A stretch of 63,967 nt of DNA, the filler included, from Octopus bimaculoides (lineage: Eukaryota): the NCBI RefSeq assembly GCF_001194135.2. It is 9 parts of 8 records of this genome, joined end to end, with 100 filler letters (N's around TTAATTAATTAA, not from the genome) between each part and the next. Parts side by side here need not be neighbours in the genome. Positions count along the whole stretch, not along the records: positions 36,264 to 45,815 come from NC_068982.1; positions 45,916 to 50,184 come from NC_068983.1; positions 50,285 to 54,097 come from NC_068988.1; 6 more parts are not named here. The stretch is one strand, 5' to 3'. Each line of letters begins with the position of its first letter. Position 1 is the first letter of the stretch. The notes below the pieces were generated by a model, which searched no databases, was not told the DNA's origin, and saw only the letters and a list, made by a program, of their open reading frames with translations. The translations under genes were made by a program, and so were the position numbers. This document shows, in pieces, positions 38,905-53,698 of the stretch.

Positions 38905-39445
38905 TCGACAGCGGGTGCAAGAGGTTAAACAACATGGAAAGAGAGTTATCGAAGCTCCAGGGGACTAAACAGCTAGGAAAGAGAGTTACTGAGGCTGTAA
39001 GAGGCTAAACAGCTAGTAAGATGTCTAAATGATATCTATATGAGTAATATGTCTATATGGTGTTTGAATTGTTCTTCTCTGATAGATTTATAGTTGTAAT
39101 ATTTATTGATCTCGACTTTCGGGAAGACATTCTTAAAGCGAAATGAGTAGAGAACATTATGTTTCACTAGGTTAAAAAACGGTTGAAAGTGAGTAGAATT
39201 GAAGTGAGTAGAATTGAAGTGAATAGAATTGAATTGAATTATCGGGGCTGCAGGAGGTTAAACAGCTAGGAAAGAGGGTTACTGAGGCTGCAAGAGGCTA
39301 AACAGCTAGGAAAGAGAGTTATCGAGGCCGCAGGAGGCGAAGCAGCTATAAACCGCTATAAACAGAAAGAGAGTTATCGAGGCCGCAGGAGGCGAAGTAG
39401 CTATAAACCGCTATAAACAGAAAGAGAGTTATCGAGGCTCCCGAG
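38905..39445 (+). repeat. About 36-bp minisatellite (GAGGCTAAACAGCTAGGAAAGAGAGTTATCGAGGCTGCA-like), split by a unique insert
   Basis: Units at 38905-39015 and 39235-39445 flank a 220-bp block. Confidence 0.7.
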
Positions 39446-39754
39446 ATGCAGAATTATGTTATAAACACATACGCTCTAGATTCCCCAGTTATCAAATCGC
39501 TTGCTCTCCACTCACCTGCCTTAAACCCATCTGCTTCTGACTCATTCGTCCCAAACTCACCTGTCACAGATTCATTTTCTCAGACTTCAATGATCTCTTG
39601 TCTATGGATTTCGCATGATAACCTAATATACACACATTTCTACAGAATGGGAATTGGTTGTTTTGCGCTGTGATGTCTATGCTTTTTCGCAAAACACGAG
39701 TGATACATACATATATATATATATACTCATATAAACACACATACATACACACAG

Positions 39755-39829
<75 letters not shown>

Positions 39830-40307
39830 TGTGTGTGCATGTGTGTGTGTGTGAGCAAGGAATAGCCAGCTCGTCGTAGATTCAACGATTGGAAAGTATA
39901 TTTCATAATTCTGAAGCAATCATTCTCTTTTCGTAAATATTGATTTCTTTGTTATGTACAGACGCATAAATGTATACAGTGTTTACATTTCGTATTTAAC
40001 AAAGCGTTGCATGCAAATATACATACTCTCTATTGGCACGTCTTCCTTTACTAAAAAAATATATGTAAACATGTTATTCGCAGTTCACTCCAAGATTAAC
40101 CAACGATAGATTTATACCAAAGGAGAAACTAGATTTGTCACCTTCATAAATATCCCAAGGGCGTAAATAGCAATCGTGAATATAAATCGGTTTCAAATGA
40201 GTGGTGAAACTAGGATGTGGTACTGGTTCTATAACACATTCCGCAACTTCCGATTTTTTATGTTCAAACGTTCACATAGTTCTCAATATATAAAGGACTA
40301 AGGCGAC

Positions 40308-40512
40308 GAGCTGACAGAGTCGTTAGCATGCCGGACAAAATGCTTAGCAGCATTTCGTCCGTCATTACGTTCTGAGTTCGAATTCCGCCGAGGTCGACTT
40401 TGCTTTTCATCTGTTCAAGGTCGATAAATTAAGTATCAGTTGAGTACTGCGGTCGAAGTAATCGACTTAGCCCTTGCTCAAAATTGCAGTCATTGTGCCA
40501 AAATTTGAAACC
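40308..40512 (+). mobile_element. SINE family C, full length
   Basis: GGCGACGAGCTGACAGAGTCGTTAGCATGCCGG...GGTCGACTTTGC...GTCGATAAATTAAG... Confidence 0.8.
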
Positions 40513-41759
40513 AATATATAAACTCGTCATATATCGAGTATTGTTGGAATTATACTTATGCCATTATGGGCAATATTAGGTGAATATCCAACTACTTTAA
40601 TATGATAATTTGACATCTTTAAAATTCCATGAAACTTATACAAAATAATGAAATTGATACTAATTTTCAAATTAAAAAATATATATATTTACCATCCAAA
40701 AATCAACTAAATAAAACAAATTTCTTTCTATATTTGTTATTAATAACAATCATACTGTTTAACTATCAATTAATTACATATGTAATTAATTCCATATAAT
40801 GTAGCAAGACAATTTTAGCATGACCAAGTAATCAACAATGAGTATAATTAGTACTGATCATGGTAGACAATCATACAGTTTGTTATAGTTTGATATATCA
40901 GTCCCGTGAATGTATTGATAAACCAAATGATAATAATATAATCTACGAGACATCAATTCTGTGAACATCATTCATATGCCATGCAGGCAAAAGTGCTGGA
41001 TTTATTTAGACTCATAGAAATTGATAGAGAAATCGATATTTAGAATCACAGAACTATAGACAGAGTAAGATGTCAGTATGAATCACAGAAATATAAACAG
41101 AGTAAGATGTCTATATGATGTTTGAATTGTTCTTCTCCGATGGATTTATAGTTGTAATATTTATCGATCTCGACTTACGGGAAGACATTCTTAAGAGCGA
41201 AATGAGTAGAGAACATTATGTTTCACTAGGTTAAAAAAAAACGGTTGAAAGTGAATAGAATTGAAGTGAGCAGACAGAAACATCGTGATGAACTCCGTGT
41301 CAATCTTAAGCTGATGCACCAAGCACCTACTTCAAATGATTTCGTTTGTGATGATTCTGGATTCGTAGCAAGCAGCAAGGTAGGATTCGTTTCCAATCAA
41401 TGATTAAAAAGAAGTAAAAACAAAAGTTAAAGAAAGGAACATTTGGGATCTAGAGACAATTTTAGACAACAATACTTTTCCAAGAAGGTTTTCAAGATAA
41501 TTTTGAATAGGTATAACTTCAAATTTTATAGGTACTAATTACAATCGATTGAATCGGCAGTTATTTATTTTATCAACACCGAAGGATGAATGGTGGTGTT
41601 GTATGAAGTGACATTTGAATCTAATACAGTAAATCAAATGGTCATAGGTATGGTTTTAATCCCATGTCGAAATTTTCACAGTATTTCTGTGACGTAGATG
41701 TTCACAAAAAGACGACATCATCCTTCGCATCTCTCCGATCTAATAATTCTGTCTACTAT

Positions 41760-41965
41760 GGGTATAAGGCCTGAAATTTTGGGACAGGGGAGGGCGAAGT
41801 CGATTGCATCGGTCCCAGTACTCAACCAGTATTTATTTTATCGACCCCGAAATTATGAAAGGCAAAGTTGAATTCGGTGGAATTTGAACTCAGAATGTAT
41901 AGACAGACGAAAAACCGCTGAATATTTTTTTTCCGGTGCACTAACGATTCTGCCAGCTCGCCGCT
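41760..41965 (-). mobile_element. SINE family C copy
   Basis: Reverse complement of family C. Confidence 0.75.
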
Positions 41966-42087
41966 TTCACCGATGTAATAGTGGTTGCGAAATATATTCA
42001 CCTGTATATAATACAAACATGTAGTTTGCTCAGAATGTCCGTATTTATTTAAAGAAAAATAACTGTGCTGAATGACACATTATTTCA

Positions 42088-42203
42088 TTTCGTTTTTCTC
42101 ATAAACCCGAAGTTCCGTCTCTACATAAAAAACGAAGCTCCAAAAAATATAGGTCTTTGCTTTATAATAAACACAGAGCTTCGGGTTTGAAGGAGAAACG
42201 AAA
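42088..42203. repeat. About 31-bp imperfect inverted repeat (small MITE-like)
   Basis: TTTCGTTTTTCTCATAAACCCGAAGTTCCGT versus ACAGAGCTTCGGGTTTGAAGGAGAAACGAAA. Confidence 0.6.
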
Positions 42204-42311
42204 TACGATTATATGACATTCATGCCTCTCCCAGAGGCATCAGTAACATTGTGAAAATGGTTACAACTAAAAATATACAATATATTGCCTTTCTCGAATG
42301 TAGTTGTAACT

Positions 42312-42555
42312 ATTGGTTGTTGTTGTTGGCACTCCGTCGCTTACGACGTCGAGGGTTCCAGTCGATCCGATAAACGGAACAGCCTGCTCGTGAAATTAAC
42401 GTGCAAGTGGCTGAGCACTCCACAGACACGTGTACCCATAACGTAGTTCTCGGGGGAGATTCAGCGTGACACAGTGTGACAAGGCTGACCCTTTGAATTA
42501 CAGGCACAACAGAAACAGGAAGAAAGAGTGAGAGAAAGTTGTGGTGAAAGAGTAC
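42312..42555 (-). mobile_element. SINE family A copy
   Basis: Reverse complement of the family A 3' half, with tail. Confidence 0.85.
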
Positions 42556-43009
42556 NNNNNNNNNNNNNNNNNNNNNNNNNNNNNNNNNNNNNNNNNNNNN
42601 NNNNNNNNNNNNNNNNNNNNNNNNNNNNNNNNNNNNNNNNNNNNNNNNNNNNNNNNNNNNNNNNNNNNNNNNNNNNNNNNNNNNNNNNNNNNNNNNNNNN
42701 NNNNNNNNNNNNNNNNNNNNNNNNNNNNNNNNNNNNNNNNNNNNNNNNNNNNNNNNNNNNNNNNNNNNNNNNNNNNNNNNNNNNNNNNNNNNNNNNNNNN
42801 NNNNNNNNNNNNNNNNNNNNNNNNNNNNNNNNNNNNNNNNNNNNNNNNNNNNNNNNNNNNNNNNNNNNNNNNNNNNNNNNNNNNNNNNNNNNNNNAAAAG
42901 AAAATTGATACTCTTCGTCACGATCAACGGCAAATCCAAATATACACACTCACGCACGCACGCACACACACGCGCACGCGTGCGCGCACTTACACACATT
43001 ACATATAAA

Positions 43010-43226
43010 CGTTGGGGCGCTGAAAAGTTCCTGGCTGTAAGGGTGTCGCGAAAGGTCTGGCTGGAAGCCCAGCCCTCCGAGTTCTTTTTCAGAGCTTAGA
43101 AAAACTGAAAGACCGTTGCAATAAGTTTGTGAATCTGAGAGGAGGATATGTTGAATAAAACCATAATTAACAGATCCTCCTGTATTTTCTTTTACTCAAA
43201 GCCAGGAACTTTTCAGCACACCCTCG
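43010..43226 (+). mobile_element. Internally deleted mariner (MITE-like) with both TIRs
   Basis: 18-nt perfect inverted pair GCTGAAAAGTTCCTGGCT / AGCCAGGAACTTTTCAGC. The interior encodes LEKLKDRCNKFVNLRGGYVE*, a mariner C-terminus. Confidence 0.75.
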
Positions 43227-44002
43227 AACATTTCGCTTCCCGTTGAGTTTTACATTCATAGAAGAGTATTGGACTCCACATACGCACACACACAAATATT
43301 TACACGCTTACACACACATATATTTACACGTGTGTATATATGTGAGTATCTGTGTGTGTGTTTGCGTGCGTGCATGTTTTGTGTGTGTGTGTATGTGTAG
43401 AACCTAGTTTACCAGTCACTTTTTCCAGTCACAATCACATGAATGATCCCCCGCCACTTCTTACTTTTTATCACCCCTAGACCCTTCACCAACCTCGCAC
43501 AACCATCACCATCACATTTCTGCTACTGGCATATATCCACCATTACTTCGCCGCCTCCACCACCGCCTTTGTACGCCATACATACCTCGACGATAACGCC
43601 ACCGCCCTCAGCCATCGTCACCCACTACCGACCAAACCAACGAGAACAACTTCCAAGTAAGTGGTCGCTCGATCTGCTAGAAACATCAGTCAAATATTCC
43701 TCAAATCATACATTTCGATCTTCTTGACGATAATACATTGGGAAAATGTAGTCCTAGATACACTGTGCCTGAAAAAATCGAGCTGATCAAGATGGCGTGC
43801 TTTCATGTAGGTCTGCTTGACCAAGGATGACCCAAGGCTAAATAGCATTAACAACAACAACAACAGCAACAATACCACTAGCTTTCTTTCCAAAATCCAC
43901 ATTAATAACATCGAGCGAGCATGGGGGCTCGACCTGTTAGAAATAGTAACTACATCTCCCTCAAAACACACTACCATCTAAAAAAAAAAAGATGAACATA
44001 TA

Positions 44003-44398
44003 GGCGTAGGAGTGGCTGTGTGGTAAGTAGCTTGCTTACCAACCACATGGTCCCGGGTTCAGTCCCACTGCGTGGCATCTTGGGAAAGTGTCTTCTTCTA
44101 TAGACTCGGGCCGACCAAAGCCTTGTGAGTGGATTTGGTAGACGGAAACTGAAAGAAGCCCGTCGTATATATGTATATATATATATGTATGTGTGTATGT
44201 GTTTGTCTCCCCAACATCGCTTGACAACCGATGCTGGTGTGTTTATGTCCCCGTAACTTAGCGGTTCAGCAAAAGTGACCGATAGAATAAGTACTAGGCT
44301 TCTAAAGAATAAGTCCTGGGGTCGATTTGCTCGACTAAAGGCGGTGCTCCAGCATGGCCACAGTCAAATAACTGAAACAAGTAAAAGAATAAAAGAAT
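44003..44398 (+). mobile_element. tRNA-derived SINE family B, full length, with internal (TA/TG) microsatellite
   Basis: Head GGCGTAGGAGTGGCTGTGTGGTAAG..CCCGGGTTCAGTCCC (A/B boxes), CORE-like CTTGGGAAAGTGTCTT, and 3' GGCGGTGCTCCAGCATGGCC...GAAACAAGTAAAAGAAT. Confidence 0.85.
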
Positions 44399-45326
44399 AT
44401 TCGATAATGTACTCTTAGATATACTCTGTCTGATTATATGAGATAGTCACGGTTGGAATTCCTTTGATCATGGGTTGGCTCAATCAGTGATGACTAGGGG
44501 TTAAATAACTACAACAACGAAACCACCGAACGAGCAAGGATGCCTCTACGTTAATCATGGGCAAACTGCGTCTCGTGAGGGCTTTTGATTGACACAGTGT
44601 GACTCGCCTAATGAAGAGTCACGTCGTATCTGGCCCGCTTCTCGAAAAAGGTTACTCGTGCCTGCTTTACATACTTGTTCTGTTTGCTAGAAATAACAGC
44701 CAAATCTCACTCAGACGTTCTACCCTTCCGTCTTAAATAAAAGGAGAGACACACTGGTTGGTGTGGTCCTAAAGACAGACTGAGAGAAAGAGAAAGAGAA
44801 AAAAACGGGGTGGTCATGGTTGGAATACTTTTGATCAAAAGTGTGCTGGATCGGGATTAATCTGGGGCCAAAGAAACGTCATCCTTGTCACCATCAGCAC
44901 CATCAACAACAATATTACCACTAACAACTTTATTTATACTACCACCGAAGCATTATCTTCACCACCTCCAGTGCAACTACGTCACAAACAACACTGATAC
45001 TAGATAACGAGGCGACCGTAGCCTCAATGTGGTTGCGCGGCCTGTAGAAATAGCAGCTAAATTTCTCTCAAATCATATACCTCGTCGGTTTTAGTGCTGA
45101 ACATGTTGGATAATGTACCCACTGGGTTCCTTGCAATGAGAAGAGGGAGTATATATGTATGTGTACATGGTGATGGTCACTTTTGGATTTCCGAATTTCT
45201 TCGACCAATAGTTCTGCTTGATAAGCGTTGACATGGGTTTAAACCAAAAGCAATATTGGTAACAGCAACAATTGCTATCATTAACGAACTGCCCCCAGGT
45301 CGTATAAATTCTACCACGAGCGCCAC

Positions 45327-45815
45327 ATCATCGTCATCATCATCATCATCACCATTGCAGTCATCATTGTGATCATGGTCGTCGTCTTCGTCGTCGTCAT
45401 TATCATCATCATCATCAACCTCGTCGTCATCAACTGCGTCATCGTCGTCTTCATTATCATCAGCATCATCGTCAGCGTCGTTTACATCATCATCATCAAC
45501 CCCGTCATTATCATCGCCATCATCATTATCATCATCGTCGTCGTCGTCATCATCATCGTCATCATCCTTGACGGCGGCGACATAGTCGTCATCGTCCATC
45601 GTCTCATAGTCCATCGTCGTCGTCGTCGTATCATCATCATCATCACCATCATCATCATCACCACCATCATCATCATCATCATCATCATCATCACCGACAT
45701 CGATGTCTTCATCGTCGTCATCATCATCGTCATCATCATCGTCATCATCATCATCGTCATCATCATCATCATCATCATCGTCATCATCATCATCATCATC
45801 ATCGTCATCATCATC
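45327..45815. repeat. Compound (CAT/CGT)n trinucleotide repeat
   Basis: Source of the poly-Asp, poly-Ile and poly-Met ORFs in different frames. Confidence 0.9.
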
Positions 45816-46085
45816 NNNNNNNNNNNNNNNNNNNNNNNNNNNNNNNNNNNNNNNNNNNNTTAATTAATTAANNNNNNNNNNNNNNNNNNNNNNNNNNNNN
45901 NNNNNNNNNNNNNNNTATATAGATATATATATATATACATATACACATATGTATGTATATATATGCGTATCCTGGAAAATTTATATCTAACAATTTCTTG
46001 AATTTTTACAATAATCACACGTAAGTATAGTTCTTTTATCCTTATTAAGTGTATACATTTAAACATAATGTATAAGTACGGTGTG

Positions 46086-46146
<61 letters not shown>

Positions 46147-46521
46147 GTGTGTGTGTGTATAATTTAATCTATATATATTCATGTATATTTGGATGTGTTT
46201 TTATAGTTGTACTGTACTAACCACTATTTACAAAAAAAAAAAAATAAGAGTCTCGTTAATGAATGTATGTGTAAATGCAAGTGTGTGTGGGTGTGTACAT
46301 CTACACACACACACACACACACACACGCAACAAATAAACTTGAGAACACTATGAATTTCCGCACCTCCCCCCCAACGCGCACACATGTACACATATGGGT
46401 ACGCACAAACGGACATGCCAAAAACTTTTTCAGCCAATGTTATAATATGCACGCGATCGATAACTACCGTACACCATCTTATATATCTGTGTATATGATT
46501 ACGTGTACGTATGTGTGTGTG

Positions 46522-46583
<62 letters not shown>

Positions 46584-46599
46584 GCAATTGTACTTTACC

Positions 46600-46641
<42 letters not shown>

Positions 46642-46924
46642 ATGATTTATAACGCAAATGTACGTAGTTAATACGTAGAAATCCATAATTATATATACAT
46701 ATGTATGGAAAGACTTACTCTAAAAAAGAAAGCGGGGTATGTGAATATATTTACCTATATGTGCACTATATACATAGTTCTGTGTATATATACACACATT
46801 CACAATCATCTGATGTAATATATACATCCGTATACGTAATATGAACATGTAATAGCACATTCGTTATATATCGCATACGCTCACTCACAGCAAAATAAGC
46901 GTACAATCACGAATATAACATACA

Positions 46925-46984
<60 letters not shown>

Positions 46985-46994
<10 letters not shown>

Positions 46995-47335
46995 TATATA
47001 TATCAATATATATACACACACACACATATATATATATCAATATATATACACACACACATATATATATCAATATATATACACACATATATATATATCAATA
47101 TATATACACACATATATATATATCAATATATATACACACATATATATATATCAATATATATACACACACATATATATATATCAATATATATACACACACA
47201 TATATATATATCAATATATATACACACACATATATATATTAATATATATACACACACATATATATCAATGTATATACACACACACATATATATATACATA
47301 TACACACACATATATATATACATATACAGACACAC

Positions 47336-47366
<31 letters not shown>

Positions 47367-47450
47367 TATATATATACATATACACACATATATATATATA
47401 TATATACACACATACATATATATACACATATATATACGTACACACACACA
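46985..47450. repeat. TA/CA-derived minisatellite (about 24-28 nt unit, TATATACACACACATATATATATCAA)
   Basis: About ten consecutive units punctuated by TCAA. Confidence 0.85.
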
Positions 47451-47658
47451 TTATCTTTTACTTGCTTCACTTATTTCACTGCGGCCATGCTGGGGCACCG
47501 CCTGGAAGAATTTTTAGTCGAACAGATCGACCGTAGTACATTTTTTTTTTTAAGCCTTGCACCAAACCTGTTTGCCGAACCGCTAATATTACGATGATGT
47601 AAACAAACCATCACCGTTTGTCAAACAGTTGCGTGGGGTGCAAACACAGACAGAAGGA

Positions 47659-47699
<41 letters not shown>

Positions 47700-47710
47700 A
47701 CACTCACACT

Positions 47711-47744
<34 letters not shown>

Positions 47745-47763
47745 CATACATACACACACACAC

Positions 47764-47910
47764 ACGACAGGCTTCTTTCAGTTTCCGTCAAACAAATCCA
47801 CTCATAAGGCTTTAGTGAGCCTGAGGCTATTGCAGAATACGCTTGCTCAAGTTGTCGAGCAGTGAGACTGAACCTGGAACCATGTAGTTGGGAAGCAAAC
47901 TTTCTACCTT
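47764..47910 (-). mobile_element. SINE family B 5' half
   Basis: Reverse-complement match to the family B head. Confidence 0.7.
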
Positions 47911-48576
47911 ATAACCTCGCTTATACGTATAAAATATAATATGGAAACGATCCTTGCACGTATAATCCATGTCTTATATGTATGCTATGATACACAGATA
48001 TATTGTAACACACACACACACACATTTAAATCATACAAAGCATGCGCGTTCGCACATACACTTATGACATAGCACGCATGCACGCGCACACATACATGCA
48101 TATATAACGTAATATACACACCATTTTTCACACATAGACCGAGAAACGCACACACGAACACACGTACACAAACACGCATATTAACCATAAACACACATAC
48201 ACAACTCGCGCGCGCGTATAATGCAATATAGAGTCGTGCACACACATTATCGCACACCACACAAGCATACACACATTCACAAACACACGTACACAAACAT
48301 ATAATGCGATATGCATACAGTCTGTCAACAGGTACGCGGATACACATATATCACATGCACACACGCACTTTCATTATGCAATATACACGCTGAGTCCCGC
48401 ATGATATAACACCCATAGGCATGTATATGCATATATGATGTAAGATGCGTAGAATATCTGAACGCAATTTAATGTAACGGACACACACACACGCATACAC
48501 ATATACGCGTGATCTAATGCCAAGACAATTTCACATACAGCATATAACGCACACACACTAAGACACACTCATACAT

Positions 48577-48616
<40 letters not shown>

Positions 48617-48742
48617 AGATATACATACATATAACGTAGTAAGATATACAATGTTGCGTAATATAAGTCGTACACACACGCACACATTCATGTGTGTACT
48701 TTAATAATAAGCTATTTGATAAACATGACATGCACAAATACA

Positions 48743-48787
<45 letters not shown>

Positions 48788-50284
48788 TATTTAAAAGAGT
48801 TCCAACTCTGTCTGTTTTTTATGTTTTATTTATATTCTTATAAAATTAATGTGGGATATAAAATATGGAATATATGAGAGAGAGAGAGAGAGAGAGAGAA
48901 TGTAGATAGATAGATAGATAGATAGAATTCCTTATTATCCCCTATAAATCAAAATACAGACGCGACAATGCAGGACATAGATGTAGACAGCCCCCGTCAT
49001 AAATAGATAGGTAGGTAGATGGATAGAGAGATAGATAGATAGATAGATGGATTGATGGATAGATAGATATACATACATATTGTAAAGGAATAAGGGTTTC
49101 GAATCCGGGCAGGTGCGTTATTATTAGCACTCTGATATACAGCCCCAGATCGAGCTAACCGCATCGAATAACAAGGGTATATAAAGAGGAGTTCAAGATA
49201 AATAATTAACATCTTCAAAATTTGTTTTATTGCAGTATTATTCTTATTAAATTCCCATTAAATTCCCGCGAATATTCACAATGTGTGTGTGTGTGTATTT
49301 CTATATACACGCTCGCGCACCAATGTTATTTACATACAAACTGTTAGCATATTTCATATACATACATATATAATGTATGAACACAGAATTTCTTACGCAC
49401 ACATGATATGTATACACGTTCACACACACACATGCGCATACATACATATATACTTAACGCAAGAGAACTTCAATTTACATCCGGAGAAAACGTGATATTG
49501 CATACTGTAAAAGCAAATCCATATACATTTGAGTATACGTGTGTGTATTTGCCTGCTCGTAAGGAGAATTTAAAATCCGAAATAAAGTACACACAGACAT
49601 TACCTAGAAGAGTACTTGACGGAAGTAACAGATTTATTTACAGTAAAAACTAATTGCAAAATGCTCACGAAACACAGGAATAATCTATCTATCTATCTGC
49701 ATATCTGTCTGTCTATCTGTTTGTCTATCTGTCTGTCTATCTATTTATCTGTCTATTAATCTGTCTGTCTGTCTATCTGCCTGTCTATCAATCTGTCTGT
49801 CTGTCTATCTATCTATCTGTCTATCTATCTATCTATCTGTCTGTCTCTACACGCGCACACAAACACACATACACATATCTATGCACACACACACACACAC
49901 ACACACACATTTATACACACACACACATATCTATACACACACACACACATATCTATATATACATATAGCAAATAAGAAAATGCAGAGGATAGAAAACGAC
50001 ATACTTCAGCCGGTAGACATTCCAGTGTGTCTATTTATTCCAAAGCATGTATTAGAAGAAAACCTACACATGTAGTAACTGTGTTACACACACATTAATA
50101 TTACAGAAAAGAGCATAAGATCAGTCCTTTACGTATGTATGTATATATATATGTGTGTGTGTGTGTATATATGTATGTATATATNNNNNNNNNNNNNNNN
50201 NNNNNNNNNNNNNNNNNNNNNNNNNNNNTTAATTAATTAANNNNNNNNNNNNNNNNNNNNNNNNNNNNNNNNNNNNNNNNNNNN

Positions 50285-50334
<50 letters not shown>

Positions 50335-50829
50335 CGCGTTTGTGTAAAAAGGAAAGAAAAATATACTTAACTCATGTAGAGAATATATGCCTAGCCGCCT
50401 ACATGCACGCTCGTATTTACATGCATATATATGTAGTTGAGTGTTAGTGTTTGTATGTAAATATATATGCCCGAAATCATAATACATGTAGTAAAGTTAC
50501 TAATAATAAAACCAATTAAAAGCGTGAATTTTCGTCAATATCATTCCGGGTGTTTTGTAAAGGGATTTCGAAACACCTAAAGATGTCCTTAAAATCACTC
50601 ATGCTGTCGGTTGACATGACACATAGTAATTTATGTAGGAGCAAAACTGAACATAATTAGAGTAAGAAATTTAAGAACAACATAAACTAAACGGATCGAT
50701 TGTTAAAGAAGGAAAGAAGTGAGAAAGAGAGAGAAGCGGAGGGGAGGGAGAGAAAGCGAGAGAAAGATTGAATGTATGAGTCCGGAGGAATCACAATTGA
50801 TAATTAAATGAAGTGAAAGACAGCGTATA

Positions 50830-51600
50830 GTATTCCCATACATTTGATGTACTGAACGTCTATACCATGATTCCATACCAATATGGACTAGATGCAATAA
50901 GTTCCTGTCTCGAAAATTCCCTAATTCAACCCCAGGTATTATTGAACAAAGATTCATCATCGGAAGATTAAAAGTCATCCTTGAAAACAACACTTTTGAC
51001 TTCAATGGCAAAATCTATAAGGAAATATCTGGGACCACGATAGATGCAAAAGTTGTTCCGACTGATGCCAATTCAGTTATGGTTTTTCAGATTTATGAAC
51101 AATTTAAATTAAAATACGGCCTGAACTTCCAGAAATATTTACTAGAAGACTGGAAACGTTACTTAGCTGACTGACTAAATCTGAAGATATAAACGTTGAG
51201 GGGCCGATTGATTAAAAAAACCCAATGAACAACATAAACAATAATTCTTCTTACTTTCGTTTCTGGACATTCTAATCAATGAAACAGACACAAAGATCGA
51301 AAGAGGTTTTCACTGCAAACCAATGGATTGTAAACCACACCCTAACACATGAAAAGTAATATTCCTTTTAATCTAGCAGGAGCAATCTTTACAACTGTTG
51401 TAAACTACGAACCTCGTTATAACAACTCCGGGTATAAAGAATTTATTACTAGAAAAACAATAACAATCTTAATAGACAACGCAAGAGAATATGCAAATAC
51501 TACGAACACTAAAACGTCTTGAGATACGTCCAATACTCTACCCTTTATTATAACATACAAACCAAAAGACGTAGTTTTACAGTATTCTGTATCAGATCAT
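50830..51600 (+). mobile_element. Decayed Penelope-like element reverse transcriptase fragment
   Basis: With frameshifts: FDVLNVYTMIPYQYGLDAI / LKVILENNTFDFNGKIYKEISGT..AKVVPTDAN / WKRYLAD / FLDILI...KP...HP. These are Penelope RT motifs (FDV.NLYTNIP, Y.Q..GTAMG...AP.YAN, RYLDD). Confidence 0.85.
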
Positions 51601-53459
51601 TGCATGCACTATGTAATCTAAATGAAAAGAACCAAAATCCGTTATAAAACTACTCATCAGTGCTAAATTACGCTCCACATACCTCACACTATGACTCAAA
51701 AAGTGTTGCTGCCCTTCTTACTGAACTTGCATCAATCTTATTGATTGTTTGGAACTGTCACTACACTAAACCAGTTAACCGTGTCAGACTTAAGTTTTGT
51801 CGGGAAAAAATAGCGTCACATGACATCGATGCATAGCAGAAGAGAGAAGCGTATAATTATTTTAAATTCTAAGCACGTGATCACTGCAGACGAACTTGTA
51901 TGACATGCGTGTGCTATTCTGCAATCGTTCAGGCTCAAAATAAAAGATGGCTACTCTCTGAGGAAACACAAGAATAATCAATAGAAAAAGGGTACGGGGA
52001 AAAGAAACAAGAGAAAAAGGTATGATAGTTGAAATATGGTGGCCCGTTTGGGGAACTATAAAATTCATCCGACTGTATTTCCATCAGACCATGTGAATTA
52101 CAGTATCTCACATTTAAATCATAAGTCTTTTTTCTTCAATCGTATATATATATATAAATAAAATATGAGGACAACATCCCAGCGAGGGATTATATATAAT
52201 TATAATTTTTGACTGTATGATGTCTGTCACAAAAAATGGAGACATATATAGGCACACCTGCTCACGTATATGAGTGAGTGTATGCATATAACTTTTAAGC
52301 TCAATCGTATTTCCTATTTACGCGTAATGCATATAAAAAGACGAAATTGCATGTATAAACACACAATTTACTACAATATTTGAAGGGTAAATGTAAATTT
52401 TGTTTTTTATCGACACAATAATATTTATAAAGCAATATCATTGCATACGATATTGTAAACAATCTGTTGGTGATCACGACGACAACGATGACTATGCTGA
52501 CGACTACGACGACAAAAAATCCGATTGTTGTATTTTATAGTAATCAATGCATCAACTATTTCCCTTTCCAAACAAAAATTTGGCGAAATTTCGAAATTTC
52601 TAAAGTCTTATGTTTACACAGACAGAGATAGAAGGAAAAGGAAAAGAGTAAAGGAAACAAATGGGGACGGAAACAATGAGAGGGAGAAAACATTAATACA
52701 ATGAAAGAGGGAAAAGGGAGAAAGCAGAGGAAATTACGAGAGAGAGAGAGAGAAGGGAGGGAGAGAGTGAGTAAAACAATGGAAGAGAGAACGAGAGAAG
52801 CGAGACAGATAAAAAAAGATAATAGTTCATAGACAAAAGAACAAGGATGAAGAATATGATGTCAAAGATTATGGTAGTACTGGTGATGATGATAAAAATA
52901 GGGAAACTGAAGAAACAAGTGGTGGTAGCGCTGGCGATGAGTTCTGTTTACCGAGCAAACAATTATGCTTCCTCACGTCCAACACGAAATAATATTATCT
53001 AGCAGCAGATAATTGTCGTGATCTCCACTTTAATGTTTACATGTTCGATATCGGATTATAAACTCCTGTTGCCACCAATCCGACACGATTTCAATACTGA
53101 GGCTCATAATGCTGATCTAACCTTTGCTCATACTGAAATGTAAGCAATGACACTTCCTACCTACCCATTATGTATGCCTTTGTATGTATATGTGTTTATG
53201 TTTATGCTCGATTGTGTGTATGTGCATATAAAGAAGTTTATGTATGCGATAGAGTTGCGAATAGAGTACGAAACAGTTTAAACCTAAGAAGAGAAAATAC
53301 TGAATTTGTTACGTTTCACACAATAACTCTTATCTCTTCATTTCTTATCCAAAGTCATTCCTTAGTCGGCACTAGCTGATGGCATAGATACTCTGAGCAT
53401 TTGTCTTGTTCAACGATAATAATAATACTTTCTGCAATAGATACAACGCTTAACATTTT

Positions 53460-53632
53460 TAGGCTAGTCTGGTACTTATTTTATCACTCCTGAGAGAATG
53501 AAAACGAAAGTCGACTCCGCGAAATTTGAACTCGGAAAGTTGAGACGGACGAAAGGTGGCTAAGTATTTTGCCTGAATTGATAACGATTCTGCCAGCATG
53601 CCGCCTTCATCCTCATCAAAAACAACAACAAG

Positions 53633-53698
<66 letters not shown>

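Noticed and set aside
45177-45614. 145-aa poly-Asp ORF resembling an acidic biomineralisation protein
   Set aside because: All frames of the (CAT/CGT)n repeat are open. There is no signal peptide, splice context or Asp-codon preference beyond the repeat itself.
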